64,000 bases of DNA from an uncultured Hormoscilla sp. (GTDB lineage Bacteria; Cyanobacteriota; Cyanobacteriia; Cyanobacteriales; Desertifilaceae): assembly GCA_963921275.4 (NCBI GenBank), contig OZ001293.3, positions 5,856,001 to 5,920,000 of the forward strand, read 5' to 3'. Below the pieces are notes generated by a model. It saw only the letters and a list, made by a program, of their open reading frames with translations. It searched no databases and was not told the origin of the DNA. Shown in pieces: positions 10,526 to 23,919 of the stretch (its first letter is position 1; each line of letters opens with the position of its first letter). The position numbers and the translations under genes are program-made.

Positions 10526-13090
10526 ATGAACTGTCATAGTCAAAATACCCCCAGCATTAGCGAAGTGTCGGAGAGTCCCTTTTTCACCCTGTCGTCGGAG
10601 CTGCTGTGCATTGCCGGTGGAGATGGTTATTTCCGGGAACTCAACCCAGTCTGGGAAAAAACATTTGGTTTTACCAACTCTCAACTGCAAGCTAGTCCTT
10701 ACACCGAATTTATCCACTCCGAAGACCGAAAGGCCACTATTGAGGCGATCGTCTCTCTGTCAACGGGATCTCAGACAAGCTGTTTTGAGCATCGCTTTCG
10801 CTGTCAAGATGGTTCCTATAAGTGGTTGTCCTGGAAAGCATTGCCCTTACAGAGGGATTTTGGTATGCTCACGCCCACGACATCACCTCCTGCAAGCAAG
10901 CAGAAGCAAAATATCGCAGCATCTACGAAAACGGCGTCGAAGGGATCTTCCAAACCACGCCCGACGGACATTATATCAGGGCTAATCCCGCCCTCGCTCG
11001 TATCTACGGCTACGCCTCAAGCTCCCAAATGCTCGAGGCCTTAACTGACATCGAGCATCAACTATATGTTGACTCCAACCGCAGGACCGAATTTCGTCGC
11101 TTGCTACAAGAAAACGATATTGTCTCGGACTTTGAATCAGAAGTTTACTGCCAAGATGGCAGCATAATTTGGATTTCCGAAAACGCCCGCAGCGTCCGAG
11201 ACGAAGAGGGCAACCTGCTTTACTACGAGGGTTTCGTTGAAAATATCACAGAGCGCAAACAAGCGGAAGCCGAACTAGAACAGTCCCTTTCCCTATTGCG
11301 TGCCACCCTAGAATCAACAGTTAATGGCATTCTGGCAGTTGATTTAGAGGGCAAGGCGATCCCCTACAACCAAAAGTTTACCGAGATGTGGGACATCCCC
11401 TCTGAGATTCTGAATCAGCAGTCCGTGGGCGACAGACTCAGGTTGATGATGGCACGAGTAAAAGACCCCCAAGCCTTTATTGCCAAGGTCAACTCATTGT
11501 ATGACAACCCAGAAGCAGAAGGCTACGACATCCTGGAATTAATAGACGGCTCCATCATCGAGCGCTACTCCCTACCCCAGCGGATCGGAGCCAAAATAGT
11601 GGATCGCGTATCCAGCTTTTGGGACATCACCGAACGGCAAAAAATCGAGCGCATGAAAAACGAATTTGTCTCAATGGTGAGTCACGAACTGAGAACCCCC
11701 CTGACTTCGATTCGCGCTTCCCTGAGTCTGATTGTCGGTGGTGTCGCTAGCGAAATTCCCCCCCAGGCAAAAGCCCTAGTGGAGATTGGTTATAAAAATA
11801 GCGAACGCCTGGTGCTGCTGATTAACGACATTCTGGATATCGAAAAGATTGAATCGGGCAAAATGGACTTCTCTCTGGAGCCGGTTAAACTTATACCTTT
11901 AGTAGAACAGGCAATTGAAGCGAATATTGCTTATGGTGAACAGTTTGGCGTCAAGTTTAAGTTACATAATGATTTAAGCAATGTCAAGGTATTGGTAGAT
12001 AGCGATCGCCTGATGCAAGTGCTCACCAACCTCCTGTCTAACGCCGCCAAATTCTCCCCTCAGAGGGAAACAGTAGCGATCGCCGTTTCTCGTGAAGATC
12101 GAAAGATCCGAGTGGAAGTACGCGATCGAGGCCCGGGCATCCCAGAAGCGTTCCGACCGAAGATTTTCCAGAAATTCGCCCAAGCTGACTCTTCAGATAC
12201 CCGTCAGAAAGGAGGCACTGGCTTAGGCTTAAGCATTAGTAAAGCGATTATAAAAAAACTCGGCGGACAGATAGGCTTTGAAACCGACACAGGTGCAGGC
12301 ACAACCCTATACTTCCTCCTAACTGAATGGCAGCAACTGCCGCCCCTTGAAGACCAGCGCCCAGATCCAGCACCGCTGCGCATCCTGATCTGCGAAAACG
12401 ATCGCGACACGGCCAAGCTGCTGAGCCTGATGCTGTCCCAAGGGGGCTTTGACACCGACATCGCCTACAGTGGAATGGAGGCCAAGCAGCTACTGGCGCA
12501 ACCGGACACCATCCCCTACGCGGCCATGACCATAGATTTAGCGATGCCAGACACTGACGGAATTTCCTTGATCCGCGAGTTGCGCCAACATGAGAATTTC
12601 CGTCACCTGCCGATCGTAGTTGTTTCGGCCAAAGCACAACAGGAGGTTTGCCGTCATCGACTGGCTAGATAAGCCCATAGATCAAGGGCGTCTGATCGCA
12701 GCAGTGAAGCAAGCAGCCCTGCACAGAGCAGATAGCAAGCCCCGCATTCTCCATATTGAGGACGATGCGGACGTGTTGCAAGTAGTCTCAGTCATCTTGG
12801 GTGATGTGGCAGATATTAGTCATGCAGTCAATCTTCAAGATGCTCAACAACAGCTAGCCACCCAAACCTTTGACCTAGTAATTCTCGACTTGGAGTTGCC
12901 CGACGGTTCTGGGTGGGAATTACTGCCCCAGCTGAAGTGCCAGTCGAAATCGCCAGTGCCGGTTGTGGTGTTCTCGGCCCAAGATGTCGGTCAGGAAACG
13001 GCCCGCAAAGTGGCAGCTACATTGGTGAAATCTCGCACATCCAATCAGGACCTACTTGATACAATTAAATCTTTGATCGCTAACGGCTAA
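10526..13090 (+). pseudogene. multi-PAS hybrid histidine kinase with two receiver domains, frameshifted near 10840 and 12650
   Basis: PAS motifs; H-box VSHELRTPL; N, G1 and G2 boxes; REC domains continue in other frames. Confidence 0.82.
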
Positions 13091-13187
13091 TGGTTAATAG
13101 CGCAGCGTGTTCCCAGACGTTGCCTGGAAACGAGGCTAATGGCAATCAACAATGTACAATTTAAAATTTATAATTTACAATGAACAA

Positions 13188-13574
13188 ATGAAACCATTAA
13201 CCAGGATTATCTTTGTAGAAGATGACCCAGATATTCAAGTCGTAGCGCGTCTTGGCTTGGAAGCAGTCGGAGGTTTCACTGTCAAATTATGCAGTTCAGG
13301 ATCCGAAGCAATTGCTACGGCACCGGACTTTGCCCCCGACCTAATTCTGCTAGATGTGATGATGCCCGGGATGGATGGTCTCAGTACGCTCAAAGCCCTG
13401 CGGGAGATGCCAAAACCTGTGGCTACGCCGGTGATGATCCTGAGCGCGAAGGTCCAAACCCATGAAGTGGCACATTACAAAGAGTTAGGAGTATTGGATA
13501 TGATTTCCAAGCCTTTTGATCCGATGACTCTGCCAGCAACTATTCTTAATATATGGGCACAACATTATGGTTAG
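13188..13574 (+). CDS. single-domain response regulator
   Basis: VEDDPDI, PDLILLDVMMPGMDG, KPFDP. Confidence 0.88.
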   Translation: MKPLTRIIFVEDDPDIQVVARLGLEAVGGFTVKLCSSGSEAIATAPDFAPDLILLDVMMPGMDGLSTLKALREMPKPVATPVMILSAKVQTHEVAHYKELGVLDMISKPFDPMTLPATILNIWAQHYG

Positions 13575-14267
13575 TTCACCTGATTGCGTTCGCGAACAAT
13601 TGAAGATCCTGCAAAAAGATTATCAGCAGCAATTGCCTAGTCAAATTGGGCAGATTTCAGAAATATGGCAGAAGCTGGTGCGCAGGCAGGGTCAAGTAGA
13701 TGACTGGGAAAAGCTTCATTGCCTGATCCACAGAATGGTAGGCAGCGGTGCAACTTTTGGGATGAGTCAATTAAGCGATACGGCCCGTATAATTGAAGGC
13801 TACATTACGGACATGATGGCAATGAAGTCCCATCCAACAGCTGCGCAACAGGCACTAATTAATACGGTTTTGGATGAATTAAAACAGGTGGCGATCGGGC
13901 CTTATTGGCAGGTAATAGGAGGGATAGAAGAACGGCATATTTCGGAAAAAATACAGCCAGTTAAAAAGATATTTCTTGAATGAAGAATACAAAGAAAAGA
14001 TAAATAGCAAAAAATTAATTTTTCTGATAGAAGATGACCAATGTCGGGCAAATGACTTGGCAGTGCATCCGCTCTGGTTTTGCTAAAGTTCGCCAACTTG
14101 CCCAGGACAACCATGAGTTTTCCGTCACCTTTAGCTGTGGCGTCGCTGCTTTTCCCGAATACGGTGATGCTAATATCCTTAATGAAGCCGCAGATAAGGC
14201 CTTGTATCAAGCCAAACTCAGTGGAGGCAATCAGTTGGCCGAAGCCTCGCGATCGGGTTGTTCGTAG
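13567..14267 (+). pseudogene. Hpt-domain / diguanylate cyclase gene with internal deletion
   Basis: Hpt (IHRMVGSGATFG) at 13567-13983; only the GGDEF C-terminus (VTFSCGVA...ADKALYQAK.SGGNQ) at 14034-14267. Confidence 0.7.
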
Positions 14268-14413
14268 TTGCCAATGGAAAATGGCAAGTAGTCAGTTGTT
14301 AGTTGTTAGTTGTTAGTTGTTAGTAGCCAATGGAAAATGGCGAATGGACATGAATAAATAATAAATAATTAACAATTGCTCAATTAACAATTGCTCAATT
14401 AACAATTGCTCAA

Positions 14414-15301
14414 TTAACTTCTTCTTTCAGCCTGAGTTAATGCTACCTTACTGTTTTGGCGATAATGCACCGTTCGGTCTTGAGCAATTTCATATTTTTC
14501 ATGTTCGGGTGGGACAGAACCCATTAGATCCGAGGCACGTTGCCACTGAGCCGCTAAATCCAACCACTCAGCCGAAGTGTTAGCTGTTTGACCGTCAGCG
14601 GCAGCTTTTTGGGCAATGCGTACTGCTTGTACAAAAGGCTCTACAGATACTGGAGGTGGAGGAGAAACTGTGGGCGTGACTGTAGGTGGGGTAGCAGCTG
14701 GGAGATTCTCTGTTGATGACTGGGCTGGTGCTGGTTGTGTCTGGGCTTGTGTAGTGTCTAGGAATTTAATTCTCAACCAATAGTACACAATCAAGCTAGC
14801 GACCAGTAAGAATAAAAAGGTGAAACTGGAACCCTGCATCAAAGCACTCCGGGACTCTCGCCGATCCCGAACCAACTGGGAGGGGGGCTTAACCCGAGAA
14901 GCTGGCTTACTCCTGGGTTTGTATTCTGAAGTTGCTAGCCGTTTGAAGATGTTCGGCTGAGTCAAGGTAATTTTTTGAGACCACAGGAGTTGATGGGGAT
15001 TTTGGCTAATTTCTTCGAGCCAGAGCAACTGCTGTTCTTGCACTAGCCGGCTGTTGATGTTAACGCTACGGATATTTCGCGGCTTAATTGACTCCAGAAT
15101 CTGCCGGATGCGATCAACCACTAGAGATTGTTCCAGTTGCTTTATCTGGGCTGCTTCGCACAAAATTTGTAAGACACCACTGGCAAATATCGCTCTGGTT
15201 CTAATCCCAGTGCTTGCCAGTTTGTCGTTTAATAATTGAATGATGGCCGAAACGCTACCCTGGCGAGCTTGAGCCAGGATGTCATCTATCGGATCTACCA
15301 T
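14414..15301 (-). CDS. conserved cyanobacterial membrane-anchored hypothetical protein
   Basis: Long ORF starting QARQGSVSAIIQLLN; one TM segment, Pro-rich linker, helical C-terminus. Confidence 0.7.
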   Translation of the reverse strand: MVDPIDDILAQARQGSVSAIIQLLNDKLASTGIRTRAIFASGVLQILCEAAQIKQLEQSLVVDRIRQILESIKPRNIRSVNINSRLVQEQQLLWLEEISQNPHQLLWSQKITLTQPNIFKRLATSEYKPRSKPASRVKPPSQLVRDRRESRSALMQGSSFTFLFLLVASLIVYYWLRIKFLDTTQAQTQPAPAQSSTENLPAATPPTVTPTVSPPPPVSVEPFVQAVRIAQKAAADGQTANTSAEWLDLAAQWQRASDLMGSVPPEHEKYEIAQDRTVHYRQNSKVALTQAERRS

Positions 15302-15362
15302 GTTCAGTTCGCGCATTAATTTTCTAGTGGACTGCTGCTGGCCTACCATAACTATCTTATCT

Positions 15363-16469
15363 TCAAGCATGTTGCTCAGCAGAGGTTGTGGCTTCCTGAA
15401 TGCACCTTTCGGGAAAAGTCGGCAAGCTTTGACACCAATCCAAAACACGATTCCATGCCCACCAGCAATCGGGGTCTTGGGCTTGACGCTGACAGGCTGC
15501 ACTACTAATATAGCCAACATGACCGCCGTGGGAAGTCAACACCAACTTGATCGCCCGATTGCCTGCACAGGCAGCTTGCAAGTCGGGCACAATGGTGGGG
15601 TCAAACATGGGATCGTCGGCAGCGTAGATGATCAGAGTCGGTTTTTGCAGATGAAGCAACAGATACAGAGGACTACTAGCCTGATAATAATCTTCGACAG
15701 ATGCAAAGCCTAATCCCTCAATCACGAACTCCCGATCGAACCCCCAAACACTATTAACACGTGCGATCTCCTCTGGATCTATTGACTCTGGGTGAGCAGC
15801 GTGGATCTGCCAAGCTAGTTTTTTCAGAGAGCGGGCGATCGTCTTTTCTAAATACTTGTCCCAAGGATCTTGAACTAGATAGGAAAGGGAACGATTGGAA
15901 TCTAGGTTGGGACAAATCACCGCTGCTCTACCTATTTCTGACTCTTCGATCCCGATATCGGGCCCCCATGTTGCCAGAGTTTGTCCTGCTTTGACCGCCC
16001 ATAATGCTAGTTGTCCCCCCAGAGAGAAGCTTGTAAACCAGAATGGTGCAGGACTTCCCATTGCCTTTGCCTGGGCAGCGATGCGGACAAAATCTTCCCC
16101 CTCATACAAACCATCTGAGGTTAAGGTACCAGACAATTGGGCGGTCCTGCCGTGAGCACGCCAATCAAATAGTACCACTGCATAGCCCCTCGCAAATGCC
16201 TTGCGCCCCAGCAGTTGCATATTCCATTGGTTTTCCAGGGATCCTGTAATTCCATAGGTGGCAATAATTGTACTATGAGCGTTTTCTGGGATGGCAACCA
16301 GACCAAAAATCGGCACTCCGCTAGCACCGACAAAGATTTTCTCTTGGTAAAAGGGTTCCAGCGCAGTAGTAGTCCTCTACCAATGACGGCTTACCCAACT
16401 AGCGGTGTAGATGGTCATTAATAGACCATTTCTCAGCAACCAAGGTGGATTGTATACCAGACGGCTCAT
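15363..16469 (-). pseudogene. YheT-family alpha/beta hydrolase with an in-frame stop near the N-terminus
   Basis: MSRLVYNPPWLLRNG...HW*RTT continues in frame into ORF 15363-16316 (SFSLGG, ADDPMF, GGHVGY). Confidence 0.75.
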
Positions 16470-16985
16470 GATGACTGATGCTTAAGAATGTCTTTAGATA
16501 TTTTTACATCACTATGTTTATTTCTGCCGCTCCTCTACCGTTACTACCTCAAGCTGGCGATCGCTCGTCGCGATTATAGGTCATCTCCGACCTGTAGTCT
16601 GTCTCGTTATAGCACGAGCATAATCACTGAAACCCGATCGCGCATAGGCAGCCCGTAGCGCTTGCCTGGCGCACGTCATGTTTATCCCACCGTCACACCT
16701 GCTGCACCCATTCCCTGATGCCGCTTTTTGCTCTGGCTACTTCAGGACAACTTCGAGTCGATCGAGGCTAAATTTCATATTTATTTAACGAGCTCCTAAC
16801 AAATTAGCGAAAATTTGCTTATAATCTGTATAGCAATCTTATGATATCTCAAACTATCCTTATTAATCCTTAACAATCAGGATATTTGACTAAGATTGTC
16901 TCGAACATGGAATCGATCGGATTACTGCTCTAGTTCAGGTCGATTCCTCTGCAACTGACGATCGCGCCAAAGGACTAGGTGTAAA

Positions 16986-17732
16986 ATGATGCCCAGAATA
17001 CTGATAATAGAGGACGATCCAGCAATTTCAGAATTAGTAGCAGTAAATCTGGAAATGGCTGGATATGACGTGAGCCAAGCGCTGGATGGCATCAAAGGCC
17101 AGGCTCTGGCCCTACAGTTGATGCCAGATATGATTGTCTTAGACCTGATGCTACCCAAGGTAGATGGTTTCACAATCTGCCAACGCCTGCGTCGGGACGA
17201 GAGGACTGCGGATATTCCCGTTTTGATGTTGAGTGCCCTCGGTCAAACCCAAAATAAAGTGGAAGGGTTTAATGCCGGTGCCGATGATTACCTGACCAAG
17301 CCCTTTGAAATCGAAGAAATGCTGGCGAGGGTGCGGGCCTTGCTTAGACGCACTGACCGCATTCCCCAAGCAGCTAAGCATAGCGAAATCTTGAACTATG
17401 GCCCCCTTACCCTGGTGCCAGAACGATTTGAGGTGATTTGGTTCGATCGCACGATTAAACTGACGCACCTGGAGTTCGATCTGCTACACTGCTTACTCCA
17501 GCGTCACGGCCAGACGGTCTCTCCCAGCGACATCCTCAAGGAAGTTTGGGGTTATGACCCCGATGATGATATTGAGACGATCCGGGTGCATATTCGGCAT
17601 TTAAGAACGAAGCTGGAACCGGACCCCCGCCATCCCCGTTACATCAAGACTGTCTATGGAGCCGGTTATTGCCTGGAGTTGCCGAGCACTAGAAACTTGA
17701 CTCAGGTTGTGGCCACATCGGTATCAGCTTGA
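16986..17732 (+). CDS. rpaA: OmpR-family response regulator RpaA
   Basis: [26 protein letters not shown]...[38 protein letters not shown]. Confidence 0.92.
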   Translation: MMPRILIIEDDPAISELVAVNLEMAGYDVSQALDGIKGQALALQLMPDMIVLDLMLPKVDGFTICQRLRRDERTADIPVLMLSALGQTQNKVEGFNAGADDYLTKPFEIEEMLARVRALLRRTDRIPQAAKHSEILNYGPLTLVPERFEVIWFDRTIKLTHLEFDLLHCLLQRHGQTVSPSDILKEVWGYDPDDDIETIRVHIRHLRTKLEPDPRHPRYIKTVYGAGYCLELPSTRNLTQVVATSVSA

Positions 17733-17795
17733 CCAGCTAGGGGTAGTTTTTTGTTAAACTATCCCTTTGTAGGATATCTATCAAAGGTAAATGCC

Positions 17796-18275
17796 TTGCT
17801 AGACGAACAAGCTAAAAAAACAATGCTGCGGAAGATTCCCCACGGACTCTATATCTGTGGGGTATGCGATGGTGAGGAAGTCAATGGCTTCACTGCTAGC
17901 TGGGTGATGCAGGCTTCCTTTAAGCCGCCCCTGGTGGTAAATTGCGTGAAGCAAGATTCCAAATCCCATGCCATGATTAAATCTAGTGGTGTATTTGCTC
18001 TCAGCTTTCTGGAAGCGGGAAAAAAGGACTTGGCCCAGCAATTCTTCAAGCCCCAGAGCCGTGTCGGTAACAAGTTTGCCGAGGTGGAGTTATATCAGGG
18101 AGAAACTGGCTGCCCAATTATCCGTGATTCTCTGGGATATGTTGAGTGTAAGGTAGTGGGTGCGGTAGAACAGGGCGACCATACTGTCTATGTTGGTGAG
18201 GTGATTGCTGCGGTCATCCACAAAGAGGGTGAACCTCTCATACTGGAAGATACTGGCTGGAATTACGGCGGTTAA
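17796..18275 (+). CDS. flavin reductase family protein
   Basis: NGFTASWVMQASFKPPL, GDHTVYVGEV, TGWNYGG. Confidence 0.88.
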   Translation: MLDEQAKKTMLRKIPHGLYICGVCDGEEVNGFTASWVMQASFKPPLVVNCVKQDSKSHAMIKSSGVFALSFLEAGKKDLAQQFFKPQSRVGNKFAEVELYQGETGCPIIRDSLGYVECKVVGAVEQGDHTVYVGEVIAAVIHKEGEPLILEDTGWNYGG

Positions 18276-18350
18276 GGTATGATGGCTAATGGTTCATGGT
18301 TGATGGCATGAACTATTAGCAATGAAAAGTTAGTATAAAGTAAGTGAACT

Positions 18351-18701
18351 ATGCCTTTGATTAAAGTTCAAACTTCGGCCCCGGCCCCGGAAAAAACAGC
18401 GGTTCAGGGAATCCTGCAAGTGCTTTCGGCTAAGTTGGCACAGCATTTGAGTAAACCTGAATCTTACGTCGTGACGGCTTTTGAACCAGATGTGGGCATG
18501 ACTTTTGCTGGGACTTTAGAACCGGTCTGCTATATCGAGATTAAAAATGTCGGCGGCATGAGTCCAGCTCAAACTAAGTCCATGAGTCAGGATTTTTGCC
18601 AGGTGATTTCTGAAAAGCTGGGCGTCCCCCCAAATCGCACTTATATTGAGTTCGCAGGTGCCCAAGGATCGATGTGGGGCTGGAATGCTTCTACTTTTTA
18701 G
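18351..18701 (+). CDS. MIF / phenylpyruvate tautomerase family protein
   Basis: N-terminal Pro (MPLIKVQT), KPESYV, MWGWNASTF. Confidence 0.9.
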   Translation: MPLIKVQTSAPAPEKTAVQGILQVLSAKLAQHLSKPESYVVTAFEPDVGMTFAGTLEPVCYIEIKNVGGMSPAQTKSMSQDFCQVISEKLGVPPNRTYIEFAGAQGSMWGWNASTF

Positions 18702-18966
18702 TAGGCTAGGGTGCATCTCAAGACAAGAATGATGCACTCACAAACTACTACAGGCGTTGCAAAACGACACCGATGATAAGAGTTGCTAATTGCTAATTGT
18801 CAATGGTAAATTTAAATAGTCATTAGTAGTCATAAATAGATATATTTACTTTTAGCAATTAACAATTAGCAAGAGCGCAATTTTCAACAATTGACTGAAG
18901 CACATCCCCGATTGGGTGCAACTACTATAAACTAGGAAAGCAAACTAGTAAAGACTTAGCGGACAG

Positions 18967-19185
18967 ATGATTGAATCAGAAATACTGGAAAAACTGCAAG
19001 AAACATCAATACTAGATCGCATCCGAATTATTGAAGCAATTCTGCGCTCTCTCAAGAATGATATGCGTAAGGCTTCGGAACAACAGATATTACCTGGGCA
19101 GTATCCCCTCCGAGGAAAAGTGATTCGCTATGACGATCCCTATGAACCGGCGGTAGCCGCAGAAGACTGGGAGGCACGAACATGA
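18967..19185 (+). CDS. putative antitoxin upstream of the PIN toxin
   Basis: 72 aa; ATGA overlap with the PIN ORF. Confidence 0.55.
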   Translation: MIESEILEKLQETSILDRIRIIEAILRSLKNDMRKASEQQILPGQYPLRGKVIRYDDPYEPAVAAEDWEART

Positions 19186-19480
19186 TCGTTCTAGATACTC
19201 ATATCTGGATTTGGTGGGTTGATGAGAATCCTCAACTGTCTCCCCAAAACCGGGAGATAATTCAAGCCCATCAAGCAAGCGGTCTAGGAATCAGCATCAT
19301 TTCTTGCTGGGAAATTGCCAAATCAGTCGAGAAAAATAAACTAAATTTACAGTGTTCTGTAGAAGAATGGCTCGAACTTGCCTTAAATTACCCTAATATT
19401 CAATTGCTGGAATTAAGCATCCCAATTATCCTTCAATCTATTCGACTATCTGGATTTAATGCCGATCCAGCAGACCAGAA
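19182..19480 (+). pseudogene. VapC/PIN toxin truncated after DPADQ
   Basis: IVLDTHIWIWW, SIISCWEIA, DPAD; then runs into antisense NACHT sequence. Confidence 0.72.
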
Positions 19481-22108
19481 TCTAACTGTCCGTAAGCAGT
19501 CAAGATCCGACTCAAATCCAAATCTAAATTCAGATGAGCATGCACAAGCTAGCACCAACCCACTCACTTGCTGTTTATTTTCTATCTATACCCGTTCACT
19601 AGTCAGTGTCAAGAAAAATGCCCGCACAGCTGCCTGGGATAAGGCGTAAGTCTGCGACTTCTGTCCTACCCATTCCAGAAACTGCTGCAATTTTTGCTCC
19701 CCACTCACCAGGGCCTGAATTTTTTCCCTGATTAACTCCAGCAATTTATCTGCACTTGGCAGCATTTCCGCAGTTAGCAAGAACACCTCCCGCCAACGAG
19801 GTTCACTAATCTGTTCGACTAGCTGCGTCAGTTTTTCCGGGTTATTGACAATTTCTCTACTGATTAAATACTCTTGGAATGTTAGGTGAGAGAAGGAATA
19901 AATTCCCCGCGCCTGTTCCACTAAGATGCCTATCTGTTTAAATAATTTTCAAATTCCTGCATGTCCATCTCCTAGACAATAAAATGGAGCCAAAAGTTTC
20001 TGACAATTTACCCAATCAATCAAAGCTTGCTCTTCTTGAAAAAATGCTCCGCAATATATCCCACTGACTGCTTTATAATCTTTCCATTCACAAGCTTGTC
20101 CTTTTTCTTCTGTTCTAATCCTTGCTTTTCCTCCATGCGACTTCTTTCACTCCCAATACTGATGTTGGCAACTCAAAATCCTGCCTTTGAACTAATCTAT
20201 GTAATGTACTATGACTAATTTTTATTCCCGTGAGCTCTGCAGCTTTTTGATAAGATTCATTCGCACAAATTAACATAGCATTTTTCTCCATTTTGGGACT
20301 GGATTTCACATGAGACTTCAAAATAATTAGCTTGTCGATTGGTGATCGATATCTTTCCCACAATGTCAATTGACGTTTTTTGCCTGTTTTTATCCCCGTA
20401 TTCAATAATTTGTGAGTTCTGGACCCACTCTGCAGAAAATCTCGCAGTTCAATTTCTAAATCTTCAAAATTTTCCAAGTTTGGAAAATTTTAACCAGTAG
20501 AGCCAAATTTGTTTTTGTCTATACATTCGTCAATTTCAAATTCCTCCATATCAAAAAGTTGTTCTGGGTTCATAGCAGCAAGAAAATAACTTCAATTTCA
20601 ATCTATCATAGATAATGTATAAATATCCAAAAGACTGCAAGTTTTTATTATATAAATATCGAAGACTCATAATAGATATTTATCTATGATGAGTCACAGA
20701 TGCAAAAGTGAGATGCACCCATCGATTTTAATACCTGTTCGCTTTCCCGTTGTAAAACTTCTGGTTCTGTTGCGGCATCGGGTAAGGTCCGCAAGTACTC
20801 GGCAATATACTGCTCAATCTTACTTTGTTCAAATAAATATTCCCCCCGCTTGAATGTTTTAGAAGCTAACTGATACAGCAGCTTCAGCTTGCGGGGCAAA
20901 AGCAAGTTCCCATAAACATCATAGCGATCAATTCCCCTGGATTCATCCCAGCGCACCAGCAAAATATCCAGTCCTTGTTGATAAAGCTTCGCCCGTAATA
21001 CTGGAAAATCACCTTGGTAATAAAAAACCATGCAAGTCAGATTCAGCAATATCGGCGTTCCTGCCAGTTCTCGTATTTGCCAGTTTTCTGGTAACTGTAA
21101 CTGTTCCATAAACTGAGTTGTCAATGCCGCTTCTGGACTCTGCTTGGCGACTGTCACAAACCACCTTTGCACGAATATTTGCTCCCTCGTAAAGTCTGCT
21201 ATCTCTATTTCTGTAAAGTCGGGAAAGCGATATTTATAGGCTGCGGGACGACAGCTAATAATTATGTTATTTTGGTAATATCTTTCTGTAAATTTGCGAA
21301 TTTGCTTGATTACTTCTGCTTGCTCCTCTTGGGGCACTTCATCTAACCCATCCAGTAACAGCAGCACTCTTCCTGAGTCCAGCAATTGCTCAACGTCCTG
21401 GTCAGATATGCCACAGGTTGACAATTCTCTCTTTATATGGTACTCAAGACTAAAGTTGCCTTCATCTCTGGCATCTTCGGCAAAGTTTTTCAGCTTGATA
21501 AACATCGGGACTTTGTTGGAGAGAAATTCACCCCGATTGCAGAGTAGAGCAATAGCTTGCAAAAAGGTGCTTTTTCCCGCTCCAGGTTTCCCCAGCATTA
21601 CCACAAAGCTGTATTTTTCTACTGCTTCCAGTCCGCCGATGCGTTCGCTGTAGCCCCTGCTTGTGCCAACACTGTCAAACTCACCCTGTTGGAACTCAGC
21701 AATATCTAACCATCGCAGATTACTAATTTCTTCGGTGATGTTAGCATCCACGTAAATCTCATCTAATTCTACAGGACGGGAAATATCTAGCATCCGCAGA
21801 GTGTCGCATTGGTGTTGGATCAGGGGCGCGGGCTCTCGACGCACCTTTTGGACTAAATCATCTATTTCTGCTGATGCATCTACTTCTGGAGGCAGGGCAA
21901 TTTCTTCGGCAGTCAAGTCTAGGGCAAAACAGATTTCTATGAACACATGTCGGTCAACTGGTCTACCCGTGAAAAACTTCCAAATCGGTTGCCGAGATTC
22001 TACACCCGCAGCGCTTGCCAGATATTCCTGCGTCCATCCCTTGCGCTGAAATGCCCGCTTCGCTTTGAGGATGCCCTCTGCTAATGCATGGATCGATCGC
22101 TTTGCCAT
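19480..22108 (-). pseudogene. HTH-NACHT NTPase interrupted by an IS remnant
   Basis: GKPGAGKST, LLLLDGLDEV; continuation LVEQARGIYSFSHLTFQEY at 19921 after the insertion. Confidence 0.85.
19930..20720 (-). mobile_element. ISKra4-like transposase remnant
   Basis: ANESYQKAAELTGIKISHSTLHRLVQRQ; end motif GGGTGCATCTCA at 20720. Confidence 0.65.
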
Positions 22109-22256
22109 AGACTCTCCCTTTAAACTCCTCTTCTCCTGTTTTACTATCTTCTCCCTTTTCATCAGTATGATTACGCAATCTTAAACTGTTTTCAATTCCT
22201 TCTTCAAAATTACCAAACCAATTGATAATAAAATTCTCAGTTTTTTATTTATGCTA

Positions 22257-23268
22257 ACCTAAGTTGCGACCTATTAAAAAAAATATGAATTACCCACTTA
22301 GACTTTACAGATATTTGGGATATTTCGTAGCTTTTGATACAAAATTATATTTTTTTTGTGCTAGACGGCGGGTTGGCTGTTTATAGGTTATAATGTACTA
22401 AAATAATAGTTAATTGCTGGGGGATGTAGATGATGGAAGATATGATTACAACAATTTTTGTTCTTTGTGACGAGCTACTAAAAGCGTTAAATATAAAAGA
22501 AGATCCACAAGTAAAAATGAACAATGCCGAAGTGATGACAGTCGGATTAGTTGCTGCATATTTTTTCGGAGGACACCACGATCGCTCTTGTCAATTTATG
22601 GTCCAACACAAGTATATAAAAAATCTGTTAAGTAAAAGTAGGTTCAATCGTCGATTACACAATATTGACGAACCAATTTGGATGTTTTTCTTCCAAGTTA
22701 TAGCTCAAACATTTAAAGAGCTCAATCCGGGTCAAAAATATATTCTTGATAGTTTCCCGGTGCCAGTATGTGATAATATTAGGATTGATAGATGCCAAAT
22801 TTATAACAAGGAAGAATATCGAGGGTATATTGCTAGTAAAAAACGTTATTTTTATGGATTAAGAGTTCATATGTTGGTAAACAAAAATGGAAAGCCAATA
22901 GAATTTTATCTAGATCCTGGTAGTTATAATGATGTTAAAGTTTTGCAATCTTTTGGCTTTGACTTACCATCAAATTAAATAGTTTATGGAGATAAAGCTT
23001 ATAATGATTATCAATTAGAGGATTTACTAAAAGAGTCGTCAAGTATAATGTTAAAACCTTTGCGAAAAAAGAACTCAAAAAGAAAAGAATATTCTTGTTT
23101 TGAATATATACAAAAAGTAACAAGAAAACAAGTTGAAACCTGTTTTAGTCGAATCACCAATTTGTTTCCCAAGTCAATTCATGCTGTTACATCTAAGGGA
23201 TTAGAGTTGAAAATAATTCTCTTTATCATAGCTTTTTGTATCCAATTTTTATAGGTCGCAACTTGAGT
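22257..23268 (+). mobile_element. IS982-family element, transposase frameshifted
   Basis: TIR ACCTAAGTTGCGACCTAT / ATAGGTCGCAACTTGAGT; 7-bp TSD TATGCTA; DSFPVPVC, GYIASKKRYFYG. Confidence 0.88.
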
Positions 23269-23349
23269 TATGCTAATTAAATGCACAACAGCTTAAGGAC
23301 AAGGACTAGGCAATCTTGCAAAAAAATATTGCAATTCGCAATTCGCAAT

Positions 23350-23919
23350 TCACCAATAATGAAAGATACTATCATAAAAGTGGAAGCGGGCAAACCCCAA
23401 AAATTGGCCGTGAACTTTCTCACCTGAGGGAAAAGCCGTGACGCCAAACATATATATACCACTATTACGAAGATTCTGGACTGGCCGCAAACGAATCGTT
23501 AATGTTGTTCCCGGAGGTACTGGTGGTGAGAAGGTGACGGAAATTGTCCGCGCCTTTCTATCTCTGGTTACTGCTTTTAGTGCGAACTCTCGTCCCTGAC
23601 TCCGGGAAGTCCCCTCAAAGGCCCTACTCTCCTCTAAATAGAATCGCGGAAATTCCCATCCCAATCTCTGATGTATTATTACTCTTTGCAGTGGTTCATC
23701 CGCGTTTTCTGGCAGACTGATGGTGAAGTAGTAAGTTGCGCCCCACATTCTGGCCCCGTTGTTAGTAGTTGCGGCCCTCACCAGGCGCGGTGGTTGGACA
23801 AAATAGACTTTGCCATCCCTCAAGGTCACTCCAGAAACTGGCAGCACTGCTACTGCCCCGATAACTACCGGTACAGCAATAGCTATCCCTAATTGCGATA
23901 AAAGTTTACAGTTCTTCAT
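23350..23919 (-). CDS. DUF2808 family protein
   Basis: Signal peptide, YYFTISLP, FSPPVPPG, YMFGVTAFP..GQFLG. Confidence 0.8.
   Translation of the reverse strand: MKNCKLLSQLGIAIAVPVVIGAVAVLPVSGVTLRDGKVYFVQPPRLVRAATTNNGARMWGATYYFTISLPENADEPLQRVIIHQRLGWEFPRFYLEESRAFEGTSRSQGREFALKAVTRDRKARTISVTFSPPVPPGTTLTIRLRPVQNLRNSGIYMFGVTAFPSGEKVHGQFLGFARFHFYDSIFHYW

Noticed and set aside
18709..20720. GGGTGCATCTCA inverted pair as a 2-kb composite transposon
   Set aside because: No target duplication is evident, and the left copy is part of a local hairpin.
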